Assembly: GCA_002269645.1 (NCBI GenBank) | Contig: NIVC01000759.1 | Location: forward strand, 310,001-374,000 | Reading direction: 5' to 3' | DNA: 64,000 nt | DNA from: Macrostomum lignano | Lineage: Eukaryota | Shown: in pieces, positions 13,052 through 27,195 of the stretch | Numbering within the stretch: position 1 is the stretch's first letter | Layout of the letters: every line of letters begins with the position of its first letter | The notes under the pieces: generated by a model | Database searches by the model: none | Told to the model about the DNA's origin: nothing | Seen by the model: the letters and a program-made list of their open reading frames with translations, nothing else | Made by a program: the position numbers and the translations under genes

Positions 13052-15040
13052 ATGCTGGCAAACGACGCAGTGGAGGAAGGCGAAATTGTCGACTCCGACG
13101 TCGACGACGTGCCGCCGCCACCGCCGCCGCCCCAGCCGAAGAAGCAGCCGGTGGCGGCCGCCCAAAAGTCAAACAGCGGCGCGAGCTACCCGCAGCCGCC
13201 GAAGATGACACCAGAGTTTGTCGACAGCGCGGCTGCTGCGGCGGCTGCGGCAGCGGCGGCGGCTGCCTCGGTACCAGACGAGTACCGCTGCGCCTGTTGC
13301 CAGGAGCCGATCCGCTGGCCAATCCGCCTGCCGTGCGGTGACGTCATCGACCGGGACTGCGCCGAGGCGCGCGCCTTCTACTGCAGCGACGAGGAGCCGG
13401 ACTCAGACGGTGAGCCGGGCGGGCGCAAGAAGACCTCGGCGATGGTGGAGTGCCCCGTGTGCCAGCGGCGCCACCCGTGCAACACCGTGGACGACTTCGA
13501 CACGGACGACGAGCTGCTGGAGCGGATGCCGGACCCTCCGGGCTTGGCCGAGGCGGACGACAAGGCCGTCAAGAAGCTGCGCAAGCGCCGCAATCGGCTC
13601 AAGCGGGAGCGGCGCCGTCGGCAGCGGCGGGCCCAGCAGCAGCAAGCGGCTGAGGAGGCCGAGGAAGCCCAGCCGTCTGATGGCCCGTTGCCTAGCAACG
13701 GCATCGGCATCGATGCCGCGCTGCACCAGCTGCGCCAGCACTCGCAGCAGGCCGCCGCCTCGCCAACAGCTGAGGAGCTGCAGCAGCAGCAGGCCATGCT
13801 GCAGGAGGCGGAGGCGCAGCGGAACTACAGCAAGGCCAACATCCCGGCCGTTATGGAGGGCCTCATGGCCTCGCTAGAGCGAATCCAGCGCGCGCCCGGC
13901 GCCAATCACTCTCTGGCGCTGGCCGCCATGCAGGAGACGCTGAGCCGCCTGCTGGCCATGACGCTGCCGCCCGAGACCCGCCTGCAGTTGGAGTCCATGG
14001 CCCACATGGTCGGCCAGCTGTTGCGGGAGCAGCAGTCGCGGCCGCGCAAAACTCTGCTGCCCAACCCGCCCACCCTGGCCGCGCACGCTGGCGCCAAGTC
14101 GCTCGGCTTGCTCGGTCCTGGCGCCGGCATGGCGGCCGTCTCCTCGCCTCACGTTGCCGCTGAGCTCTCGCCTGCCTGCGCCGCTGCCACCGTCGCTGCC
14201 GCACCGCCGACCTCCGCCGTATCATCGGGCCTTGGCCTCTTGTCGGCGCCGTCCAGCTTGGCGCCACAGCAGCCCGCGGTCCCAGAAGCCGCCGCCCAGC
14301 CCAGCGACCCGGCCGCGGTGTACCAGCTGGCCTGCCAGCTCTACGCCAAGGCCGCCGCTGGAGCCGCCACGCCGGCTGAGCTGGCCCAGCTGAGCGGCCT
14401 GTACACCCAGCTGTATCAGGTGCAGCAGACCCCCGCTGCGGCCCAGTACCAGTACGCTGCCGCCGCCGCTGCTGCCTCCGCCGCTGCCGCAGCTGCCGTC
14501 TCGGCGAATTCTGCCACCACGGCCACCACCGCCGCCGCGGCCAAGACGCAGCCGTTCGTCTTTCCCACTCTCGGCGTCAATGTGCCGACCTCGCAGCAGC
14601 AGCCGCCACCGCCGCCGCCGCCTCCCGAGTCTCCGCCGCCGCCGCCTCCTCCGCCGCCTCCGCCCGAGGCCGGCGAGACTGCAGCAAAGCGGCCGCCGCC
14701 GCCCTCCGACGACCCGGGCGATGGCGCCGACGTGAAGCGGATTCGAACTCAGGCTGCCGACTCAACTGAAGCAGCGGCGGCTGCGGGGTCAGCAGGCGGC
14801 CAGGCGGAGACGCGGCACCTGTGGATCGCCGGCCTACCGCCGGGCACGAAGGCCACGGACGCAAAGGAGCTGTGCTCAGCCTACGGCCGGGTTGTCAACG
14901 TCAAGATCGTTGGCAGCAAGAAGTCGGAGGTGCCGGCCATCTTTGCATTCGTCACAATGGACTCGGCGGCCAACGCGGCGAAAGCCCTGCAGGCCCTGGA
15001 CACGTCCCGGTACCGGAGCGCCGAGCTGCGGGTTCGACTG
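13052..15040 (+). CDS. Large exon of a RING-finger + SAFB/SLTM-like RRM protein
   Basis: RING-like CACC...LPCGDVIDRDC...CPVC; Ala/Gln/Pro-rich linker; RRM LWIAGLPPGTKATDAKELCSAYGRVVNVKIV...FAFVTMDS resembling the SAFB RRM; donor GTGAGT at 15041. ATG at 13052 may be preceded by another exon; downstream exons not located. Confidence 0.8.
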
Positions 15041-16279
15041 GTGAGTTGGGCTCGGATTCTTTAAGTGAGACATGATGAAGCTGGGTGGTGGGATGATGAA
15101 GTTGGTTTTGGGGGTTGATTAAGTTGGTGGGGTGATGAAGCTGGGTGAGAGTAATAAGGCTGTGTGAGGGATGATGAAGGTGGGTGAGGGATTGAGAGAG
15201 AGCCAATTTTGAATTCCCAGCAGTTTCCAGGTATTCACGGTTCTCTATTTTTTGTTTGCGCTTCTTTACCCCCCCCCTCATTTTAGTATAAATAGAAGTG
15301 AATCTAGCGCCCAAAGAGGCAACCTTTTCTTTTGGTTCGAACAATGGTTTTTTACCCCAATTAGTACCCCATGGGGTATTAGCCAACTGATTTGGGGTAC
15401 TATTTTGCCCATTGATACCCCAGAATGGGTATTACTTTTTTCGAGTTAAGCTTTTCTTTTCTGTGAATCGGTGAATCAGGATCCTGCCTAGGCTGGGCAT
15501 GGGGCTTTCTACATCCACTCGTGGGGTTGAGCCAGACGGGAATAGACCGAACTTCACACCATAGAAAACTTAATTTAGCAAGGACCATACAGAATTTTTA
15601 ACTTTGTGAAATTCCCGTCTCATGAAGTTTTGGTCTTGTGAAGCCCCACCAGAGAGAGGGTTGGAATTGTGAAGCTCCCAAACTTTATGGACGCTTTCAT
15701 AAAACCTAAATTTCATATCGCCTAAATTTGACACCTAAAACTGAATGGGGAGGAGCGTGCAAATATTTTGGGCGTTGTGACATTTAGGCGGTATGAAATT
15801 TAGGCGAAGTGAAGTCATGTGCTTTAAGGCGGTGGCCAGATTCACATTTTTTTACAAGAATTCAACTATTTGGAATGCCATGGGGTATTACTCCTCCAAA
15901 ATGGGGTACTACTCAGAGACTTGATACCCCAATTCGGGTACCAATCAACAGCGAAAAAATAGCCGAAGTAGCCCGTTTCGAAAAAGAAACTGAATAAGCG
16001 GAATTTGCTGGTCATTCCTTATTTGCTAGAAACTAAGAGCGAATGCTCATTGGACAGGTAGAATCACCTAGTGAACAAGACGAATAGTCTAAGCCAATAG
16101 CGAAAAGCAAAAAGAAGAGGCGTTATTTGCCAAGACAAAGGGAGATATAACCCAATTAAACTTCTCGAACTGAGCCCACCAATGAAGAGTCGTAATTAGA
16201 CACAAGCCAACCCGAACAAGGAAAGAGAAATCCACCGGGCAACCTGGATCCATTGGGGATGCCACTATAAGACATCCAT

Positions 16280-16551
16280 ATTTATCCTACTGTCAGTAGC
16301 CAGTATGTGCATTTATCCTACTGCCAGTAGCCAGTATGCGCATTTATCCTACTGTCAGTAGCCAGTATGCGCATTTATCCTACTGTCAGTAGCCAGTATG
16401 TACATTTATCCTACTGTCAGTAGCCAGTATGCGCATTTATCCTACTGTCAGTAGCCAGTATGCGCATTTATCCTACTGTCAGTAGCCAGTATGCGCATTT
16501 ATCCTACTGCCAGTAGCCAGTATGCGCATTTATCCTACTGCCAGTAGCCAG
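16280..16551. repeat. 31-bp minisatellite (atttatcctactgtcagtagccagtatgcgc), about 9 copies
   Basis: Direct inspection; each unit contains the small palindrome ctactg-cagtag. Confidence 0.92.
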
Positions 16552-16574
16552 TTCTGCAGCCGCCCCACCCGTTG

Positions 16575-16655
16575 CCCAACTCCGCAGATGGACTCGAACC
16601 CTCTGGCCAAGTCGGCAGCGGCCGTCTGAGCAGCCATTCAGTCACTGAACTCGCG
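16575..16655 (-). mobile_element. tRNA-derived SINE-like head
   Basis: Minus strand carries a Pol III B-box GGTTCGAGTCC; no intact cloverleaf seen. Confidence 0.4.
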
Positions 16656-17121
16656 AATCATTCTTTGCTGGCAACGTCAGGATGCTGATTAAAACAAAGC
16701 ATAGCTTTTTCCGGCTTTAATTAACCCAAGGAATGCCGAGCTCTCAGTGCCCTGACGCAAGCATTTACCCTGCCAGCTGCATCTGCAATTCCTTACTGTA
16801 CCGCAGCTCAGCCACAGTGCATGCAGTACTTTATGCTGAGATCTGCACTGTTCTCCAGTTATGTAAATTGCCGTTAAATTGTGTTAAGTCTCCCCTGCCC
16901 AGTTTCTGCTGGGCGGTGGGGATGCTGCTAGCTATTTTTTACTGTCTGACACGAGAGCAAGTGTACTAATTACTATATAATATAAGCAATTGCTGGTGTA
17001 GTTAACTGGCACTTCGCTGTCGCTGCTACATTCTAGTGTCATTTTCGTCTGTGGACTTTAATTAATTTTATCTACCTGAGTTGTCTGGGTTGCTTCTTTG
17101 TTTGAATTGTTTGGCACTGAG

Positions 17122-18148
17122 TCTTGTCTACCTGAGCACTTACACTGGTGTCTTGTCTACCTGAGCACTTACACTGGTGTCTTGTCTACCTGAGCACTTA
17201 CACTGGTGTCTTGTCTACCTGAGCACTTACACTGGTCTCTTGTCTACCTGAGCACTTACACTGGTGTCTTGTCTACCTGAGCACTTACACTGGTGTCTTG
17301 TCTACCTGAGCACTTACACTGGTCTCTTGTCTACCTGAGCACTTACACTGGTGTCTTGTCTACCTGAGCACTTACACTGGTCTCTTGTCTACCTGAGCAC
17401 TTACACTGGTGTCTTGTCTACCTGAGCACTTACACTGGTGTCTTGTCTACCTGAGCACTTACACTGGTCTCTTGTCTACCTGAGCACTTACACTGGTCTC
17501 TTGTCTACCTGAGCACTTACACTGGTGTCTTGTCTACCTGAGCACTTACACTGGTCTCTTGTCTACCTGAGCACTTACACTGGTCTCTTGTCTACCTGAG
17601 CACTTACACTGGTGTCTTGTCTACCTGAGCACTTACACTGGTCTCTTGTCTACCTGAGCACTTACACTGGTGTCTTGTCTACCTGAGCACTTACACTGGT
17701 GTCTTGTCTACCTGAGCACTTACACTGGTCTCTTGTCTACCTGAGCACTTACACTGGTGTCTTGTCTACCTGAGCACTTACACTGGTGTCTTGTCTACCT
17801 GAGCACTTACACTGGTGTCTTGTCTACCTGAGCACTTACACTGGTGTCTTGTCTACCTGAGCACTTACACTGGTGTCTTGTCTACCTGAGCACTTACACT
17901 GGTCTCTTGTCTACCTGAGCACTTACACTGGTCTCTTGTCTACCTGAGCACTTACACTGGTGTCTTGTCTACCTGAGCACTTACACTGGTCTCTTGTCTA
18001 CCTGAGCACTTACACTGGTCTCTTGTCTACCTGAGCACTTACACTGGTGTCTTGTCTACCTGAGCACTTACACTGGTCTCTTGTCTACCTGAGCACTTAC
18101 ACTGGTGTCTTGTCTACCTGAGCACTTACACTGGTGTCTTGTCTACCT
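17122..18148. repeat. 29-bp minisatellite (tcttgtctacctgagcacttacactggtg/c), about 35 copies
   Basis: Highly homogeneous tandem units with a single g/c variant. Confidence 0.97.
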
Positions 18149-18599
18149 AAACACTTCACCTTGGCCATATAAAAAAGTAGACAAAATATGTTCAGTCAAA
18201 TCGAGCTGATTGCAATAAAATAGAATCCATGGCGCAAAAATATTTCCTATCTTTAGAAGACCAAAACATTAAACTCTGCAGTCCAAAGAAAACGAAGAAA
18301 AAGATCTCAGCCATGGAGAATACACATGAAGCTGTTGTGATTCCCATCATTCCTGATGGTTTTAATGGCGACAAAAGTGATGCTTATTGTGCACACATTC
18401 AGCACATTGTATAAGAATAGAACATACTAATATGGGATGTGTACATAAAAAAAAAATTCGGTTTAATAGCCCCCCAATACTGTACGTTCTGACCTCTCAT
18501 CCTTGAGATATTACAGAAGCTACAGTCCCAGCAACAGCTAAACCCCCCTACCCCTGGCGCAGCTTGCTGGGTGCCACGGCCGGCTCAGCAGAGTTGCGT

Positions 18600-19100
18600 A
18601 ACAGCTACTGCATCTCAGCAGCAGGCTGCAGCAGTAAAGTGCATCGTAATCGCACAAAAGTGCACATGCATGCAGACAGTCTCTCGCTAGAAGTCAGTAG
18701 CGCGTGTTCGCCTCGATGAAGCAGGGTAGCAAGTCGCCGTGGCATGCTAAGCACGAGTCTGTTGATGCGGTCCTGTGGCAGCTGCCAAGTCGGCCAGAGT
18801 TGCCATGGCAACTGTGCTGGCGCGTTGCCACTTGACCAGCATCAAGGACTACTTAAGTACGTTACTTAAATATACGTTATACTTTACTTTACTTTAAATA
18901 CTTTACTTTAATATACTTTAAATATACGTTACTTTAGTCGTCCTTGACCAGCAGCTGCCCGGATCGTCTTCGGCGCGCGCCCGAAGTGACGCGCAAATCG
19001 GCGCAATCGCCTTGCAAGAAGTGCCAGCTTCAGCCATTCCGACAGCTCGCAGCTTCATGCAGCGTCTTAAAACTGAAAATTCCAGTTGGTTCCTACGAAA
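18600..19100 (-). mobile_element. Tc1/mariner transposase remnant (HTH start and C-terminal end, core missing)
   Basis: KLRAVGMAEAGTSCKAIA resembles the Tc1 N-terminal HTH; WQLPQDRINRLVLSMPRRL resembles the Tc1 C-terminal motif. Confidence 0.6.
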
Positions 19101-19696
19101 TGCGATAAGAAGCAATGCAAAAAAACTTCCAATTCCAGGTTATAGCTAGCTTTCACCGGAACTAGTAGCTCAAATCCGAAAATCACAAACCCGAAATATT
19201 ATAATTCCGAAAACAAAACTAGAAACGCCGAGCGCTAGAACTTTCGGCGAGTCATGATATTTCGGGTTTGTGACTTTTCGGGATTATGATATTTCAGGTT
19301 TATGATGGGAATTAAGCGCTTTTCGGAGTTGCCATAATTGGGGTTTGTGATGCCCCCAGTGCCTTTCCCGCCGACTCACTGCTTTGCTCTGGCCCATCGA
19401 GGTCGAGTCTGATAACTTCGGAAGCCGTGCGTGCCCAGGACTCTCTCTCAATTATTCACGTAGCTGCTCTATAGTTTTCCTGCGCAAACAGAGAAGAAAG
19501 TTGAATAAAGGCTTATTCACACTGCTATCAAATGGCCCATCGAATCACACGGTCAAATGTACAAATCCAATTTAATGTAAAAGTTGTGGTGCTCACACGA
19601 CCTTTTTGATGGCAGTGTGAAAAAAGATTTCTAAGTGGCCCAATCAGAAATCACAAGTAAAAAAACGCGCGCAAGCCAGTAAAACGAGAAAAAGGC

Positions 19697-19918
19697 CCCC
19701 ACTGACACCCACCCTCGCCCAAGGCCGAGGCGCCCCCCCCCCCCCCCCCCTCAGACAGACGCATGCGGGACCCCCACTGACACCCACCACCGTCCAAGGC
19801 CGAGGCGCACCCACCCCCCCCCCTCAGACAGACGCATGCGGGACCCCCACTGACACCCACCACCGTCCAAGGCCGAGGCGCACCCACCCCCCCCCTCAGA
19901 CAGACGCATGCGGGACCA
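19697..19918. repeat. About 73-bp C-rich tandem repeat, 3 copies
   Basis: cagacagacgcatgcgggacccccactgacacccacc recurs at 19752, 19825 and 19897. Confidence 0.85.
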
Positions 19919-20332
19919 ACCCCAAACACAGGCGCGGCGGCAAACACCCTTGGCCCCGATAACAACGATTGGCTAGCCAATCTACACTTTGAGACTATAT
20001 TTCCGATTCAATCAATTATCCAATCAAGCACCGTGATCTCTCGCAACGATCCAGCGTACTTTTCTCTGAAAACTTAAGACGTTTAAATATTACAGGAGAA
20101 AAATGTCCCATAATTCTTCCACCTCTAGTAACCTGCGCCGAGTGATTGCAGATTGCAAACTCCGCGGCAAAAGAGCTGACACTGCGTTGGCTTGAGGCTG
20201 CCTTGGACGGACCTAGTTCCAGCGAATCCGGGAATGCGATAAAAAGCAACTACGAGTAAAACTTAACTGAAGAGTCAAATGTGGCACCAAAGCTTAATTT
20301 GTTAGTTTTTTAATTCGTTTCAAGCCCACGCA

Positions 20333-21511
20333 ATGCCCGGACCCCCTGCTACATGTTCGTGTGCAAGACGGTTCTCGAGCAACCGCAGGCCGCTGCTGCA
20401 GGTGCAGGTGTTGCTGCTTTTGTCCGGGATGCTTTTTGCCTACATCTGTCTGCAGAGCTCAAGCGTCATCTATTCGGGTTTGAGCACGCGATACTCAGCT
20501 AGAAGCTTCCCCGACACGGATGACGACTTCGCCCACTCCTTCGCCCGAGTGCTGGAGCGTCAGCGGTCGGGCCGCTGCCTTCACGAGTTCAACTCCAGCC
20601 TGAAGATGCCACTGCTGCGACTCGACTCACCGGCCGAGCTGGACCCGAAGAGTCGAACCCGGGCCGCCGCGGCCTGGCTGCGCTCGTCTGTCGACGTAGT
20701 GTTCGCCGCCTCGGTGCGCAACGCCATGCGCGGACTGCCCGGCACCGCCCAGCAGATGCGGCGCCTCGCCGACAGCTTCCGCAGCGCCGCCTTCGTCTTC
20801 GTGGAGAACGACAGCGCGGACGATACGAGGCGCTTCCTGACCGACTGGCGCCGACGAGACCCCCGGGTGCGCCTGCTGGGTTGCGGGGGCGCCGACGCCG
20901 CGTGCCGCATGAACATCAGCTACTCCTCCGGCCGCGCCCACCGCCAGGGCTAGTCGCTGCCGCGCAACCAAGTCGAGAACCGCGAGCGCGGCATCGTGAT
21001 GTCCGCCCTGAGGAACATCTACCTGCGCCACATCTACCGGCAGCTCTACAGACCCGACCGCGACTCCCTGCTCATCGTTGTGGATCCCGATCTCAGCTTC
21101 AAGCCGTGGGACCTGGACGCCATCCTGCAGGGCCTGTACTACTTCCGGGACAGGCCGGAGCTGCAGTCCCTGTGCGCCCACACCAGGTACGGCAGTTACA
21201 TTTACGACCCGTGCACCCTGGTGTTCCAGCAGAACGGGTTCTTCTCCCAGGCCGGCAAGGAGTCGCCGATCATCGCTGCCTTTCGCACCAAGTCGCCGCC
21301 GCCCGGCCTGCCACCTCTGAAGGTGGCCGGCTGCTTCCAGGCCTTCACCGCTTACCGACTGAGCCACCTGGCCAAACAGAAGCTCGAGTACGGACCAGTA
21401 CGCGGGGAGACCGTCTGCGAGCACCTGACGCTGGCCAGACAGCTGACGGAGAACTACCTGGACCTGGGCATGCAGCTGCAGGTTGTCAAGCAGAACGAGG
21501 GCAATGCGTGA
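20333..21511 (+). pseudogene. GT-A fold glycosyltransferase-like membrane protein (CAP59/GT69- or GT2-like), copy A with nonsense codon
   Basis: N-terminal hydrophobic anchor; VVFAASVRN...FVFVENDSADDT...LRNIYL...IVVDPDL motifs; TAG at 20951-20953 where copy B has TGG; frame continues to 21511. Confidence 0.7.
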
Positions 21512-22097
21512 CGGAGCGAGTCCTGCTTGATTCTGAGGACCTTTGATAATTTATGGGAGATTCCTAGAATAAATGTTTTTTAATAGAAGTGTCGTTTGTC
21601 TTGACGTATGGACCAAGTTGTGGGCAATATCTTGATTGCAATAACTGCCGAGGCTCTGAATTATTAGCACAGCTTTAAACAATGAGAAGTGTCATCTCTT
21701 TACGGTCTAAAGATCTTTTGACGTGTTTGTTACTAACATATTTTTAAAAATAGAACACTGTGAAACTGTCTAATACGATATATTACACTGCTTTGGTGTA
21801 ATTCAGCGTAATTCGAAATTCGAAATTCAGCGCTTGACCAAGTTAGTCTTAGTCTGTTTATGATCCTTTGACAACAACTTGAGCAGCTCTGTCGAGCAGT
21901 ACATGAGCTGTGCTTTTCAGTTTTCCAGATTTCAGCCGACTTTTACAGAACAACGAACTCGTGTAATTCAACTGGCTGGAAGGTCTTGAGCTAAGACAGT
22001 CTGTTTAGTAAAAAAACGAAAAATTCTCAGGTCAGCGGTGCAATTTTATGCGAAATCCGGTTTTCTAAAGGGTTGCGTCTTGCCCTGATTCAATGGT

Positions 22098-22170
22098 ACT
22101 GTGGCGTAGCCAAGCGGTGTACCGCGGCGCTCTTACGTGCTAGTGGCCCAGGCTCGATTCCGAGTGCAGT
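22098..22170 (+). mobile_element. tRNA-like / SINE head
   Basis: A-box TAGCCAAGCGG and B-box-like GGCTCGATTCC, weak acceptor stem actgtg/tgcagt; arms imperfect, so not called a functional tRNA. Confidence 0.45.
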
Positions 22171-22743
22171 CAAATTAATTTGAGGCTAAATCTTGGCTCT
22201 CCTCGTGCAATTAACGGCTTTGAGGGTCAACCCCCAAGACACAATAAAGTGTACATGCTGGCTAACGATTAAAAAACTGTCTGTGCGAATGCCTACGTAT
22301 ACTAACGCTAGTATCCGCGCGCTTGCTTGCCTGCCGAGGGGATTCGGCGGAATGGGCAGCAATGGGTCTCGTCAGCTGGAGTCACTGGGGAACCGTCAGT
22401 GAGGCAGTGGATTCACGACGGGGTTTGCCAGTTGTCCCCTGCTTAATGCTGGTTTTGAATTTGAGTGGAGGGTGCAGAGCGTGGACGGGGTTGCGTCCTT
22501 CCGGCTTTTCAGTAGTCTCACATTCCAGCTTAATCAATTACACTGTCTGGAAAAAAGAACTCCAGACATTCTCTCACTGAAGCTCAGGGCACTGCTGAGT
22601 GCACAAATAATATTAGAACTCATTGAGAATATCACAAGTTTTCAAAATCCGCAGAAGCATTTTTGAATTGCGTAATTAAAATGCAGAATTTTGGAAACTC
22701 AAGTTTGAAATAATCAACTACCACATGAAAGAATTTTTGGTAA

Positions 22744-23793
22744 TTAAAATTTTCCAGGTACTCGCTCCGTCACAAACCACCCTCGTTCTCCTTGACAACC
22801 TGCAGCTGCATGCCCAGGTCCAGGTAGTTCTCCATCAGCTGTCTGGCCAGCGTCAGGTGCTCGCAGACGGTCTCCCCTCGAGCCGGTCCGTACTTGAGCT
22901 TCTGTTCGGCCAGGTGGCTCAGTCGGTAGGCGGTAAAGACCTGGAAGCAGCCGACCACCTTCACGGGCGGCAGGCCGGGCGGCTGAGCCGTCGTGTTGAA
23001 ATCGGAGACGATCGTCGATTCGCGGCTGACCTGGGAGAACAGCCTGGTGCAGCTCCGGCCTGTCCCGGAAGTAGTACAGGCCCTGCAGGATGGCGTCCAG
23101 GTCCCACGGCTTGAAGCTGAGATCGGGATCCACAACGATGAGCAGGGAGTCGCGGTCGGGTCTGTAGAGCTGCCGGTAGATGTGGCGCAGGTAGATGTTC
23201 CTCAGGGTGGACATCACGATGCCGCGCTCGCGGTTCTCGAGTTGGTTGCGCGGCAGCGACCAGCCCTGGCGGTGGGCGCGGTCGGAGGAGTAGCTGATGT
23301 TCATGCGGCACGCGGCGTCGGCGCCCCCGCAACCCAGCAGGCGCACACGGGGGTCTCGTCGGCGCCAGTCGGTCAGGAAGCGCCTCGTATCGTCCGCGCT
23401 GTCGTTCTCCACGAAGACGAAGGCGGCGCTGCGGAAGCTGTCGGCGAGGCGCCGCATCTGCTGGGCGGTGCCGGGCAGTCCGCGCATGGCGTTGCGCACC
23501 GAGGCGGCGAACACTACGTCGACAGACGAGCGCAGCCAGGCCGCGGCGGCCCGGGCTCGACTCTTCGGGTCCAGCTCGGCCGGTGAGTCGAGTCGCAGCA
23601 ATGGCAGCTTCAGGCTGGAGTTGAACTCGTGAAGGCAGCAGCCCGACTTCTGACGCTGCAGCACTCGGGCGAAGGAGGCGTTGAAGTCGTCATCCGTGTT
23701 GAAGACCGGGAAGCTGATTTGGTAGCTGCTGAGCTTCGGGGCGTAGGAGCTCAGGCAGAGGAAGATGACAAGCAGGACAAACAGCAGCAGCAA
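22744..23793 (-). pseudogene. Inverted paralog (copy B) of the glycosyltransferase-like gene, frameshifted
   Basis: Near-identical to copy A from FARVL to DRPEL; then about 68 nt net missing relative to copy A, shifting the frame. The C-terminus resumes in the 22770 frame. Confidence 0.7.
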
Positions 23794-24186
23794 TGGCAGC
23801 AGACAGGTGCTTTTTGCCTGTATGTGCCGGATTTACTTTAGTCTGCATTTAGTGCTGGTTTGCTGGACAATGCAGTGATTCCATTCATTCAGCCTTGCTA
23901 TGCAGGTTAGGCACTGTTGCCCGGAAAGAGCTGCACGAGTCTAACATTGGTTCAGTCCAGTGGGTACCAGCATGCAAGCCAATGTACATTGAAATCGTCC
24001 CCCGAAAAAAACCTAATCGCTTTGTACACTGCAGGACAGATTGGTCGTTCCAATTGTACGGTTCGCGCGAGGAGTGAAATTCCCGGTGGGGTGGAATGGC
24101 GCGGCCTGGACTGCGCGTGCGTCTAAGATAGGGAGAAATCGGGGGGGGGGGAGGAAAGCGAAGTTTCCTGGCTAATACAGACCTAG

Positions 24187-24966
<780 letters not shown>

Positions 24967-25041
24967 TTATGCAAAAGGCAGCTTCAAACTGCAAACCACA
25001 CACACGGAAATATTGAAGAACGTTAGTTGTCGAATATTCAG

Positions 25042-25082
25042 AAACCGATATTTCGGCCCGGACTGGGCCTTCGTCAGGGTTT
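25042..25082 (-). ncRNA. Minimal type I hammerhead ribozyme (Penelope-type)
   Basis: Minus strand: AAACC CUGACGA a GGCCC-agucc-GGGCC GAA AUAU C GGUUU; intact core, palindromic stem III, stem I aaacc/gguuu. Confidence 0.85.
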
Positions 25083-25259
25083 ATTTATTCGGGTTTAAAA
25101 ACAAATATGTTGGCTGTGAAGTTATTTTAACATAATTTCAATATATATATGCGACTTTTGGGGGTGCACTGAGCAGTGTTGAGTAAAGATGTGTACGTAT
25201 AATTAGTTAAAAACGTGAGTTGAAGCACGCTGATTGGTTAAAGTCTTGCAGCTAAAGCC

Positions 25260-25964
25260 CAAGGACGACTTAAGTAGAAGGACGGGAAACCTCGTTTCTT
25301 AGAAAAGTTTTGAAGGCACTTTTTCCCGAAGAAATACACTACGGAGATGGGAAGTTTTCATTTTTTTCAGCACAAAAATTGTTATTGCGTTTGATAGGAG
25401 GCAGATCCAGTGTTCATATTTGATATGTTGTGCCTTTTTTATTGCTCTATCGATATTTACGAGCGTATAAAGCTTTTCGTTCAGGAAATTAGGATTCTAT
25501 GTTAATTTTTGATTCTACGTATATTTCCTGTATCTAAAAATCACAAAAATGCATGGCACAGCTCCAATATTTGGTTTTATGAATCTATTTTATCATCTCT
25601 GTTACAAATATTTGCTACACAGTTGGGTAAGAATGATAAAATAGACTCATGAAGCTAAAGAGCCGAGCCGTGGCATTCTAATGTATTTCAAGCACAAGGC
25701 GCGCGAAAATATACGTAGAATAAAAAATTAACATAGAATCCTAATTTCCTGAACGAAAAGCTTTATAAATATCGATAGAGCAATAAAAAAGGCACAACAT
25801 ATCAAATATGAACACTGGATCTGCCTCCTATCAAACGCAATAACAATTTTTGTGCTGAAAAAATGAAAACTTCCTATCTCCGTAGTGTATTTCTTCGGGA
25901 AAAAGTGCCTTCAAAACTTTTCTAAGAAACGAGGTTTCCCGTCCTTCTACTTAAGTCGTCCTTG
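25260..25964. mobile_element. Foldback-type non-autonomous DNA transposon with about 265-bp TIRs and 8-bp TSD
   Basis: Arms 25260-25526 and about 25707-25964 are reverse complements; ends CAAGG...CCTTG; TSD ctaaagcc on both sides. P-element superfamily is suggested but not proven. Confidence 0.88.
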
Positions 25965-26296
25965 CTAAAGCCTTGCACAAAAATAAAGATATGTTAGGTG
26001 CTATAGAAAAACAGATTTAAAGCGTAGAAGTGTATGACTAAGCATCTTGAAAAGTTCAACAAATTAGTTAATTACGCCCGTAGAAAAAAACAAATATTAA
26101 ATTAATACAGAGCACTGAGAACTTTGCATAAATAAGTGTAAATAATTAGATGTAAATATTGAATACATATACAGTAATTAGATTGGGTAGCCAGTCAGGC
26201 CACGCGAGACGCAGTTGGCGGCGTCTGGTCACAGACCGCCGCAGCCCAGTCCCTGGGCACAGGCGGCTGGGCACTGCCGATTGGTTGTACATTGAT

Positions 26297-26308
26297 AGTA
26301 GAATAGTA

Positions 26309-26363
<55 letters not shown>
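26297..26363. repeat. (TAG)n microsatellite
   Basis: Direct inspection. Confidence 0.9.
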
Positions 26364-26364
<1 letters not shown>

Positions 26365-26447
26365 CGTAATCGTAGTAGAGCCGTACTGGTAGCAGTTATT
26401 TGAAGTAGCCAGTCAGGCCACTTCATAGTGGCCTGACCTGACTTTAT

Positions 26448-27195
<748 letters not shown>

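Noticed and set aside
13014-14864. Multiple overlapping ORFs in other frames and strands of the RING-RRM exon
   Set aside because: Expected by-products of GC-rich coding sequence; no motifs.
22340-22385. CTGACGA on the minus strand as a possible hammerhead
   Set aside because: No closing stem II or GAAA at the required position.
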